Below are positions 1 to 12,200 of a stretch of DNA of 64,000 nt, one piece after another. The DNA is taken from the NCBI GenBank assembly GCA_050084985.1, contig JBITNC010000001.1, forward strand, positions 77,252,001 to 77,316,000. The letters run 5' to 3'. Under the pieces are notes generated by a model, which ran no database searches, was not told the origin of the DNA, and worked only from the letters and a program-made list of their open reading frames with translations. The translations under genes and the position numbers were made by a program. The stretch's first letter is position 1. Each line of letters opens with the position of its first letter. Origin of the DNA: Nageia nagi. Lineage: Eukaryota; Plantae; Pinophyta.

Positions 1-497
1 GGACAAATAAGGAGAGTGAGTCTCATTTTCTATGGTATTAAGATTACAAAGCTTACAAATTCTTACATCCCATATTGTTTTAGGTATTGTTTATCTACTA
101 GTTTCACTATGCAATTCATGTGAATTAGTTCTTATCCTTAAAATCTCAAGCTTTATTTTTATATTGATAATCTTACGTGGGTAGGATGGATGTTTAAGTT
201 TTGGAATAATGATATTTATATAACAGATTAGTTTTCTTTTAATTTTGATATTATCATCAATCCAAAAAAATTGAATTTCTTTGTTTGCTATTTATAATCT
301 CAATTTTTCATTATCCAAAAGGATTATGTTGTTGTGTATGCCCCAAAAATCAAACCATTTATAAAAATCTTTTAGCCACCCTCTTTTAAAATGATGAGTT
401 AGCTAAATTTGTTGGATGATTTAAAGGTAAAGTTTGACATTAGTGTCTTTTTAAACCTATTGGTTTGTAGAACCTATCATTAGTTTTTAAATATCAC

Positions 498-582
498 CAA
501 TGTAAAGGGGTGAGATTTGAAACATAAAACCTTCAATATGAGTACCTTCATACCCACTTGTCTCCCAACTCCTCTAACAAGA
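498..582 (-). mobile_element. ~85-bp tRNA-derived SINE-like fragment, copy 1
   Basis: Reverse-complement homologue of 7855-7938. Confidence 0.45.
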
Positions 583-2807
583 TGGTTTACACAACTTTCC
601 ATTATTTGATAGACTAAAAACTTACTCGATCTCATTAGAAGGATGGCAATGATGTTCATGTTTTGATAAACTTTACAATTTGCAAAACATATTTTAACAC
701 ATTTAAATTACATATTATTTTTGAGTCTCAACATTTGGAATTGCAAAATATGTATTTAACATAGAAAAACTAAAATGCATTCTACTTTGTGATTTACATG
801 CTCCTTACAAGCACTCTTATGTACAAGATATTGTTCCACAAGTGTGGGCATATTCTAGAGACATGTGTTGCATCTTAGTTGTATCAATTTAAACCAATAT
901 AGTGTATTTACAAATAGACGCAAACTATCTAGCCTCCAAAATTCTCCCTTCATAACCTGACATATCTGACATCATCAAATGTTGAAAATAGGCATTGGTG
1001 GGGTCCGGTATTTTTCCCAATGCAGGAGTTAATCCCACTTCATGTAACCCTCTTTTTAGGGGTTATACTAAGTATGTTTAACCCACTTTCCATTTTAAAT
1101 AGAAACATTGTCAAGTATATTTTATGTTGTGGCTGATGGTATCCTGATCAAAACAGTGCAATTTTCTACCATAGACACATGTTAAAATCCCTATAAGACC
1201 ATTATAACCCTAAAATTGATAAACATAATGTGTATAATCTTGAATTGAAAAACTTACCAATATACTCCAAATTTGCACCATGTTAAATTTGTCAAAGGTA
1301 CGAAGGGAAATTCTGGAAGCTAAATAGTCTGTGCTTTACAAATATGCTGTGAGATATTTTGTTCATTTTTCCTTAATAAATCCTGGACCTCAACTTGAAA
1401 ATGAATTTATACAAGAAGAAATAAGAACATAATGTTTTATTGAAAAAATATTTATCAAAAGTGACAACTTAGTTGGAGAAAAAAAAGGCAATTTTCTATG
1501 TTCCACATTAATTAACAATCAAATCAATATGTATTGTGTTCTTCTCCATGCTTTCTTAATTACTTACATCCCCATCTCCCAAACTTAGCTATTGACTATA
1601 GATACAGAATAAAAACCCTAAAACTTCATGCAAACTTTAATTTTGTTATAAAACCATAAACTTTCATAAAAACAGGCCTGCTTATCTCAACCACGAGTAG
1701 AATGTCTTCTCTAAAAAAAGTTCTATCTAAAATTCTTTACTATGTTCGAAAAGGTCTGTAAACTATTAATACTCTCTTGGAACACAACATATTACAAATT
1801 GTTAAGAACTTCAACTAGAGATGAGCTTCTGTAATTACTAAATGTAACAAATGTTATAAAACTTGTGCATACCCATCAAAAAATCTCACCCAAAACCTCG
1901 CAACTATATTATCTCAAAGCTATCCAACATACAAAGGCACCTAAGTTACTGAACATGCAGAACTTAGACACGCTTGCAAACAGTTCTACTGCATGTTCTG
2001 TGATTGTTAACAGAATCCCAGCCGCCATGCTGAAGATTGATTGGCAATCCAGATAAGAATCCAATCAAAAGTTAAATGTTTATTTGAATGAAAATATCAT
2101 TATAAATGCATATTTGGGACCCAATTTTTTGTTTCAAATAAACTGTGAATTAGCATTATTCCAGAGATTTATATTCCAGAGATTCATCATATCGCATCCC
2201 TGAAAACGACTGAATGCTTTCATATCAAGCAAAAAGATGAACTTTGTGTGTTTCTGTGTGTTTCACCATGGAGACAATCTTCAGTCCCACACACACCTCC
2301 TAAGATGATTTCCTATGTATCTTTAAGCATCAAAAATTACGCAGTTAGGATGACCAACTCTAATTGTACGTATTCTGCCCATATGTATGATGCATCAACC
2401 TTTCTAATCATTTCAACATCCGAACAGTTCACAAAATCATAAACTGAGCTCATCTAAAGTACTGTCTAATGTAAGGTCTCCATGTTAAAGCATAGAGCAG
2501 TTTCAGCAAGTGTCCAACATTATACATTCTTGATATCTATCAATAATTATACTAACGACTTTAATCATATTTGAGCACTGAATTCACTGGCTGAAAATTT
2601 GCTCTTTCTGAAACAGAGCAGACCACTTTTTACATAATCATTTTGCCTAAAATAGCAGAGATGTGGTGCAAACATGATCTCTGAAGAATATGTGGTGATA
2701 CAATTGCCTTCTTTCAGCTCACCAATATTCCATTCATAGTGCAAGCTATGAATAGAATGACACTGTTAAGGGTTACTCTTGTCCTATTACAGCATCTCAG
2801 TAATATG

Positions 2808-3248
2808 TCAATAATCCAATCTAATTTTACTTTCACATTCTGTAGCCACATTTCCTGAATTTACAAAACCTTCCAAGGGCTCAGATAGCTCTCCTAACTC
2901 TTGGTTGTATAAGAAAGCATGGTCATACTTATCATCTCTTAAGTCTGGACCATGCAACCAGTTTGTGCTACTCAAATCTCCCTTGTAACGAATACTACCT
3001 TGATTACTCGCTGGAGAGGTTCTACTCCCTCTCTCACTTCCAAAGTCATCATCATCCAATTCACTCCCTGGTCCTAGGGCAATGATTGTGCTATGTTCGG
3101 AACTAGCATTGCTGCTCGTTGCTAATGGGGAATCAGAAATACTAGCTGGCCTGCTTCTAGCAACTCCTGATCGGACACTGTAAAGTGATGATGTTGGAAT
3201 ATTTGTCATGAGAGGCCGCAAACTATTTGGTGTACTTCTTCGTATATC
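2808..3248 (-). CDS. BPP1-like: BPP-like gene, terminal coding exon 5 (DIRRS...[13 protein letters not shown]...stop)
   Basis: Acceptor tttgcag|GAT; TGA at 2810-2808. Confidence 0.92.
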   Translation of the reverse strand, partial: DIRRSTPNSLRPLMTNIPTSSLYSVRSGVARSRPASISDSPLATSSNASSEHSTIIALGPGSELDDDDFGSERGSRTSPASNQGSIRYKGDLSSTNWLHGPDLRDDKYDHAFLYNQELGELSEPLEGFVNSGNVATECESKIRLDY

Positions 3249-6200
3249 CTGCAAATAATCGAGTTATTTTTAACAGTTGGAGAAACTTCTAAATAGCACC
3301 TAGCCTACAACTATTTCCAAAATATTCATTCTCGCACCATGGCTCTTTGCTAAGGCACAATTGACCTGTTCTTATAAACAGCTCATCCAAAATTGCAAGC
3401 AGTGACAAAATTTATAAGTGTGTTAAGATTGTTAAACCAGATTGCCATGAATTGTGATCCCAAAAAGCTACAGGTAAACAAGATAGCATACCATGTGTCT
3501 CAGAGCCATATCCAAGGATTTCTTTGAAAGTGTTCGTCCAAAGCCTGTGCTATCTGGAGATAATGACGGCTTTAATGGGCGCTTGGGTTGCATGGTAGAT
3601 ATATTAGATTTTATAGTTGATTGATCTTCCTGTCGTGGTGCAGCTCTTCTTGCATTGATCAACTTTTCAACCATCTTGCTGCCAAGTACACCAGGTGCTG
3701 TAACTTCATTGCCATTATTATGAGATTTCATAGACTGCACACTAGATCGGTCGCTGTTCTGGCTCTCACTTGAGATTCTTCCTCTCGTAACACTTGGAGA
3801 GCAAGATTGTCTTCTAGGCCTGCTACTTGCACTAGGTGCCTCATTTGTAGATCTTGCAGTACTAGGAGCTCCAGGTCTACCTCTTGTAGCTGAAATAGGT
3901 CGATCTGGCATTGTTGTCCTCAAATTTGGAGGCGTATCAAGTGAAAACCCAGGAATTGCTGCAGGCTGCCAAGGTCGAGATTTTACAGTAGGAGAGGTCC
4001 CTCGTGAGGGTGCTGAATTTCTAGAAGGCATAGAGGTTGCCCTACTCACAGAAGAAGAACGACCTGGGGGATTAGAATTACTTTGGCTAGAGTTTGGAGT
4101 TGAAGGTCTTCTTGTTGGAGTAGAAGGTCTTGATGATGGCCTTGATGCAGGAACTGAGGCCTTTGGTGCCGGAACTGTAGCCTTTGACACAGGAACTGTG
4201 GCCTTTGATGCAGGAAGTGTAGGCCTTGCTGTGGGCGTTGAAGGCCTTGACGCAGTTGGTGCAGATCTTGATGTTGGCACCATAGACCTTGATGTAGGGG
4301 TCGAAGGCCTTGATGCAGTTGTTCCAGATCGTGACATGGGCACCATAGACCTTGGTGCAGGAATTGTAGACCTTGAGGTAGGGGTGGAAGGCCGAGAGGA
4401 AACTTGGGCTGGGCCTGTGGAGGATGTTGACCTCTTACTCGTACTACTCATAGAATTGTTTGATCCAGAAGAGGTTGTTATCTGGCGTGAAATCAAACCA
4501 TTCCTTGAAGCTATTGATGTTGTGTCCGTCTGATGATTCAAGAGCTGCAGAAATAAAAAAGTAATGGCATTAACTACATGACTAATTTAATTGCAATCTA
4601 CCCTGAAGGAAAGCATTCCAAACCCTATTTCACAATGATAGCAAAGAGAAAGTAAAGCATCAAAGTTTGCCAGTTCCAGCAAAGTAGCAAGGAGAAACAA
4701 AATTTCTTTGACAGATCAACAGGCATAGCAAAAGATCACATAGAATATTATGCTTCTTCAAGTGTATTCGGCACATAATAGAAGCTTTAAGATAGTTTTC
4801 TATTGATAACAAAACAGAAAACGGGTAGATGCAAATTTCATGCGAATTTATGACAGTATAAGAAAATGACAGCCGTTAATCATATGGAACAAAGAAAGAA
4901 TTTAAGTTGATAACGAAAAGACCATTTCACAATGGTTAACATAAATAGCTGAAGTTCACTCAGATTTATTTTAAAGCTATTCAAGTACTTTTTGCTCTAT
5001 GATCTAATTTCCCTCCAATACTTTTATCATTTCTGGCATTCACCCTCCTCAAAATGATTCTCATTATTTTTAAGCAATGCCAGAAAGATAATTGGTGCTA
5101 AACGCATGCAGTTCATAATAGAATTATCTCAATATCATTTTGTACAGCCAAATTAGCACGAGTCATTTTAGAATATGCATTTTTCTTGGTCAATACTAAA
5201 AGAACTAGACCGATGCTCAAACACAGAGGAGGAAATATATAACAATCTACCTTATAACAAATCTATAAATGGATAAAATGATCAAGTTATCAACTAGATA
5301 TACCACCAATGCGTTTTGAATCCTAATCCTAGTTTGAACATTTTCTAACCAGACATATGCCTTAGAATACTAATCCTCATTTGAACATTTTCTAACCATA
5401 CATGTATATACATAGACTCAACACAAGAATTAGAACATTGTCTAACCAGACATGTGCCTTGGAATACTAATCCTAATTTGAACATTTTCTAACCATACAT
5501 GGATATACATGGACTCAACACAAGAATTACAATAATATCACATGAGATTATGACATTGATTCAAGGTCACATTTTTAATTCACTATTTAACCACAACTCT
5601 TCCCTTATCTACAATGCCTACTTTGCCAGCTATATATCTACTAGCATTTCTGATTCTAGCAAACTCCCTGACTTACGCGTGCAAATGCGAATAAATAATG
5701 ACTGATGTTAGGTTCACTTGGCTGAATCAATCCATTTATGAACAGCAAGTTTGATGATTCCAAATATTCTCTGATTAAACATAACTGAATTCACACAAAT
5801 TTAAACTCTGGTGCTTTCCAAAACCATAAACACATATAGATGCTTGAATATTTGATCACTATATGTTAGATCAGAACCCTAGTCCCCAAGAGCCATGAAA
5901 GTGGTGACAAGTGACATTTTCAGACTCGGGAACAAATGTATATCACTTCGTGGGGTGTTCCTATGCAAACATGCACATACTAAGTTCAAACAACTGGCAT
6001 AAGCATTGAGTGAAACAAAACAAAAAAGGGTATTCTTAAAGCTGTGCGATTATTTTTATTGTAAAATTTATGATATAATTATTGCAGAGAATTTAGATGC
6101 ACAATGTTTGAATTACTTTAAAATATATATACGAGTTACATAAAACTAATTATGGGGTTACATAGCTGCATCTATTCAACAACATAAGTGAAACAACCAC

Positions 6201-9200
6201 CCACCTGATCAATCACAATGGCCCCCTCCAAGTGATAATAAGATCATCAATATTTACAATCAAGTTCACAATGTTAACATCTATGCTTTTGGCATAGAAA
6301 GTTAATAAGTAAACATTCTTGAAACCTGAACCATGTAGATACTGATCAATCTTTAATGTACCAAGCTTGAAAAGTTTCCTTCAAAACATATCAGGACCAC
6401 TTACCTTAAACCAAATAATTCTTTTTAGGACCTTGAAAGCCTTGTTGTTGCATTATACACACCTAGTCTAGATCCTCACAAAAAGGAACTCTTCACATCT
6501 ATTTTATACACCTTCCATCCAAAGTGAACAGTTTAGCTTGTTTAACAGTCACAAACTTCACTATAGGACAAAAAGTTACTTGATAATCTACTCCTTACTT
6601 CTGAGCATATTTTTTGGCTACAAAATAATCCTCTTATACTTATCCAAAGAACCATCTTGTTATAGGCACTTCTTTCAAACTGATAACATAAAACACCAAC
6701 AAACCCTTGTTATAGAAGAGCTAACATGCTCAATCAGCACCAGATGCAAATCTAAGCAAGATGCACCATTTCTAGCTGGATTTCACCACTACCATAACTT
6801 GTTTCCCTTGTAACTTCTTGTACCTACTAGAACCTTAAATATTCGTAAACACAATTCCATTAGCATTGCCTGGATTATATATTAGCATACAATTATGCCA
6901 ACCCATGGAAGCGAGTGCACGCAAAGCTATATGCAATCAATATAAATACATTATATTACTCCTAATGTCACAAGAGAAGCAACAATAGGACACACCAGCT
7001 AGATGGACAATTTCTTATTTGACTAACACAAGGCATTCCCTTCTATGTTAGTAAAACTTCTTATGCAACTCCTCCATTTCCCAAGTGCACACGAGCCTAG
7101 TGTTGAATACACAAGCAACTTGCTGTAAAATAAAATATGTTCAATAATTGGAAAGGAAAGATAAATACAGATATCATATCAGAATAATATTATCTCTACC
7201 TAGAAAAGGAAAATAATACTAAAAAAATTGAATAAAGATTTCAGTTTTTCAAGAAGTGGTTGGTTATACGACGTAGCTGTAACAAGTATTGCTCATCTTC
7301 AAATATGAGAAGTAACAACCAAAATATGTTGAGGGAAAATCTTCCTCTAATATTCAAACCAGATCTAAAACAGAAAAACCATGGTCTCTTTCCTTCACAT
7401 TAATACAGAAATTCAAACTGAACATACCCAGAAATCTGAAAGAAGATATGCATCACCAAACCAAATCCAAAATGCTACAGAATATCTAACATACATACTC
7501 TTAGCGTTCTCTTCAAATTTGAGTTGTTTCTTTTCTTTTGGGAGAAGATGCACTTCCCATTTCTCTACTCCTTAAGTACCCTTTCATTTTCTTGATTGAA
7601 AAGCATCCCTTTTTTTCTTTTCTTTTTTGTTTTGTGGGCCTCATATTATCATATATTTATGTTCAAATTATATTTTTAAGCACCCTTTTGACCCCTAGGT
7701 CTTAGAATGACTTTTTGCCTTTCCTTTCTCTTGCAAACTTTGATTAACGTTCCCAAATATAGTACTTACTAATTTTGGGTCGAACGAAAATAATTTTATT
7801 TGTTAATACTGCAAAAATGAAGCTATAATATATCTACTTTACATTTTCATCATCTCTTGTTAAGGGAGTTGGGAGACAAGTGAGATGTGAAGGCACTCAT
7901 ATTGATGGTTCCATGTTCAAGTCTCACCCCCTACATTGTGTTAAAAATATATTACATTAGTTAGTTATATTATGTTGGTGAAAGCGGTATGCGAACAAAC
8001 CCTGTGCATGATAAAACCAGATGCATCTGTGTTGAGTGTATGTTCAGAATAGGTAGAGCGTCCAACGCCTACCATGCACAAGAGCCAAATCTGCAAAAGA
8101 ATGTTTTGCATGATAGAGAATGTCTGGCTCTCTCAGTGTATGCAAGTGCGAACAATTTGTGTCTAACTGCTGTTGTGAAGATACTACCACAACAAAAGAA
8201 AGCCACGACATCAGCCAGCAAATGAAAGGGAGATTTGTCACTGTGTTGTGAAGAACATTTGTTGTGAAGACTGGTTTCTATGGAGAAACGAAATATTTTG
8301 CAAGGTGTGAGAAAAAACATTAGCCATTAAATGCTTGTAGAGCATTGGCGAATTCACTTTGTAAGTTGCCAATGTTTTAACTTTTTTCTCTTTCATTGAA
8401 AGCGTGTGGTTGGAAGCAATAAGATATTTCTCAAAAACCAAGTGAAGAATTTGGTTGATTGATAAGATGCTAGCCTTGCTACAAAGAGGTTTTGGTTTCA
8501 AATTAAAGCAAGGTCATTTCTATTTTTGGCATTTGTCTTGGACAAAGTGGTATATTTTTAGGTGGTAGTTGTGATCATGATAAAGACTGCATTTTTGATG
8601 GACTTTGATGCTCTTATCATTGCTTATATTGATGGAAGAAAATACTCCTTTGATTAAGGGAGGAAAGTTTCCAAAAATTCATTTATATTTGTGATTGGAT
8701 GTGTTAGTCCCCAATCACCTTTGATGTTGGTTGGATAAGTTCATCCCCAACCATATTTGATGAGTGTTTATGATTGACTATGTTGGTCCCCAATCATACT
8801 TGTTGTAGCCAGATGTGTTTGTCCCTGTTTACACCCTTGACATCCAATTTATGTGGTTTGATCATGGGTAGATGTGTTAGTCCCTATCCTTGGTCATATG
8901 GATAGATGTGTTAGTACCTATCATTGCTTGCATGTTGTAATAAAGGGGTGGAAAGAGATTTATTATAAAAAAACTTAAGTGGTTATGACAATGCCCAACC
9001 GTTGTCATAGAAGTTGAAGAATGGTGATTGGGTTTGAAGATCAGTGTGAAGATGCCTAAATATGATTTATTATTAATTAATAAATCATATTTATTGCACC
9101 AAGAAATAATATTGTAAAAAGTGTGTAAATGCACCACAAGTAATGTAATGAGCTGATAACAATGTAAAAGCTGTAGATCTCAAGAACAAATGCATCTATA

Positions 9201-12200
9201 AAAGAATATCAAAGCAAGATATTCCACATGCAAGCAACCCAAGGAATGCGCCACAACTGAAACGGTGTCTTTAGAGACCACCAATCAACCTTGGATTTGT
9301 TATGCCCTAGTTGCAATGATCATCTTTCGTTCTTTGCAAGAGGTCAAATTCCACAAAATTTAGGACGTCCACAACCTGCATTTGACTATATTCACGACGC
9401 GGGCATTGTTCTTTCTGCATTTGGCGGAGTGGTGATTCGACTACCCAGAGGTCATCGATGATCAAAAAGTAGGCATGTGACCACTCATTTTGCATGTACT
9501 CGAAAAGATCTATCTAATAATAAGGTTATTGTATCAATTAGAGATCAATACTCGATTGCATTGCTTCAAACATATATTGTAGACATAGTAATGATTTATT
9601 TATTTAATTCATTATTTTAAGGTTTACATAGTGACTCCATTACCGTTGAAGATGATGAGAGAGTGCATTCTTTGAGTCACAAGCATTTTGATTTCATCCC
9701 TCATCATTTTGTGCATGCATAACCTCATCATTCCTAACATTCTCCATCAAGGAATTATACCACTTTCGAATTCCTTATCTGATAATCTTGTTAAAAGGAG
9801 TCTTAGCAATTCCCTTCTCCAATCACATAACATTGAAAGTACCCTCCATTGGACTAAACTCCTATTGGGAAAATTCAATTTCCTATACAAATGAATTGAA
9901 ATAAGGTGTGTCTAACTCAAGCAAAACAAAGCTAGTAGAAACATCTATGCTTGAAAGAAGGTGATTTTTCATCTTTAACATCTATACTAACCCCAACAAC
10001 TTTGCTTGTAGAAACATCGAAAGACTAAAACCTATAGGCCTAATTTTTTTCACTACAGCCAACAAATAATCATTCCTCCTATTTGTCATCCAACATTAGT
10101 TTTCCATTATGTACGAAAGGAGAATCTACAAAAGAAAATTTCACGAAGCTAGTAGAAACATCTATGCTTGAAAGAAGGTGATTTTTCATCTTTAACATCT
10201 ATACTAACCCCAACAACTTTGCTTGTAGAAACATCGAAAGACTAAAACCTATAGGCCTAATTTTTTTCACTACAGCCAACAAATAATCATTCCTCCTATT
10301 TGTCATCCAACATTAGTTTTTCATTATGTACGAAAGGAGAATCTACAAAAGAAAATTTCACGAATGTCTAGCTAGAGGTTTTCACTTGAATCATGCCTTC
10401 TTAGGTAGAGGCCCCTAGACAAATTTGTAAGAACTCTTGTTCAATGAATACATATTTATTTACATTGTCTCATCCTAGTACATTATATATTATAGAGTTG
10501 TTGTGAAGCACTGACTTCACCATTTCCACCACAATGCAATTAATTTGCTTCACAACCATGTCTTGGGGCAGAATGAGCGACATAGAAAATTCCCTCCATA
10601 TTGCTAGGTAGTCACAAAACTCGGAGGAATGATTGGAAACAAACTCTGCTTCATTATCATTTCTCAACCCCCTTAATAATGTTCCCACCAGTTTGACTTT
10701 CTACAATGTTTTAGAAGACAATAAATTGCATTAAATGATAAAACATCTTCTTCGGGAGATAAACCAACATTTTCTTTGAAAAATCAAGAAGAAGAAACAA
10801 ACGTTTACCTTCTCCTATTGTATTAGGTGCATTTGTCCTCCATCAAAACACTTTGCATGCACCAAAACCAAATCTGCTTTGTCCTCCATGCTTAAAACCG
10901 TCTCTATGATGCTTTCTGGCCAAGCATCCTACACAAAGACTTTGAAACTCTTGTATGGTAAGTCACTCTGATAATTGAAGTGACCAAATTACTCATCTCA
11001 CAATGTGCAATCATTCAAATGTATAATCAAAGCCTTTGTCCACTCCAAGCCTTGTGGCAAATAACCTTGTTCTTCTATGTCACTTTCACCATACACATTA
11101 ATGTGGAAGGATTACATCTGTATTTGGACTCTTCTTAATGATCTCATTAACAGACAAGAAAATTCTTTTCTATTCTGATAACAAAATGCACATGATGGAA
11201 AACATACTTGACACCATTTTTGAAGATCTATTTTGAGATAACCATGACTTTAAACATTACGTATGAACCCAAAACCTAAAAACAACACAACCTCTACTAA
11301 AACCTTTACTAGGTAGAGCAGACTCACAAACAAATCCTTTTTGTTTGTGATATTGCTTGGATGCCCCCAACTGAAAATACCAAGCAGTAAATGCTGATGC
11401 AGAGGCCTCTCCTCCTTCAGAAGTCACATAGGCAAAGTATTCACAAGATTCTTCCTTCGGCTCCATAGTATTTGCTTGTTTACACCCCTTTTCTGCAAGC
11501 CTTACCATATTGCTTCTTTTGGCACTTCTTTTTTTATAACTGAACTTATGACAGAAAATTATTGAATTTGGGTCCGAAAAGGCTTTTTTATTCACCATTC
11601 CCAACAAAATAAGATATCTTGCATCTGCATTTGAACTTCATTGGAAAAGCATGCCTTGCACTTCAACATATGCCTCTTAATTCCCATCTAGTGATTTTCG
11701 TCAGATACCAAGAAAAAGGATAATTTGTTGTAAGCTTCTATGTTATCACCAATTTTAGATTTTGTGAATAATTGTCAAATATTTGGCAAAAATCTCATAA
11801 CTATATTTGACAATTATGATGAATAATTTGATTGTCAGGTATGGAGAATCACCAAAAAATTCAAGTGTATGCGATCTATGCCAAATAATTGACAATTATT
11901 CACCATGCCAAAAATTCGGCAATTCATGCATCCTACATGAATTATTCGGCACAACAGACAAAAAATCAGCAATTTTTCTTATTTTTTTCATTTTCACTTA
12001 CTAAAAAAATAATTTGAGATCCACAATACAAGTGTGGTTGGAATTTGAAGTGTCCTAAAAACTTGGAAAACCCACTCCTTTAGTTTTCATCAATAGATGC
12101 TCAATTGTTGAGCAAACGAAAGGAGTTGTCCATGGACGTCCCCTCTTGGAATACAAAGTAATTTACCTTCATTTGGTTGAATCTTGATCATCAGCATATC

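Noticed and set aside
4198-4533. 111-aa acidic repetitive ORF on the + strand
   Set aside because: Antisense shadow of the repetitive BPP exon 4; no ATG start.
7855-7938. Possible tRNA gene
   Set aside because: Only a B-box-like motif; no convincing cloverleaf or anticodon arm. Treated as SINE-like.
8690-8930. Short GATGTGTTAGTCCC repeats, possible LTR
   Set aside because: No termini, TSD or partner copy could be defined.
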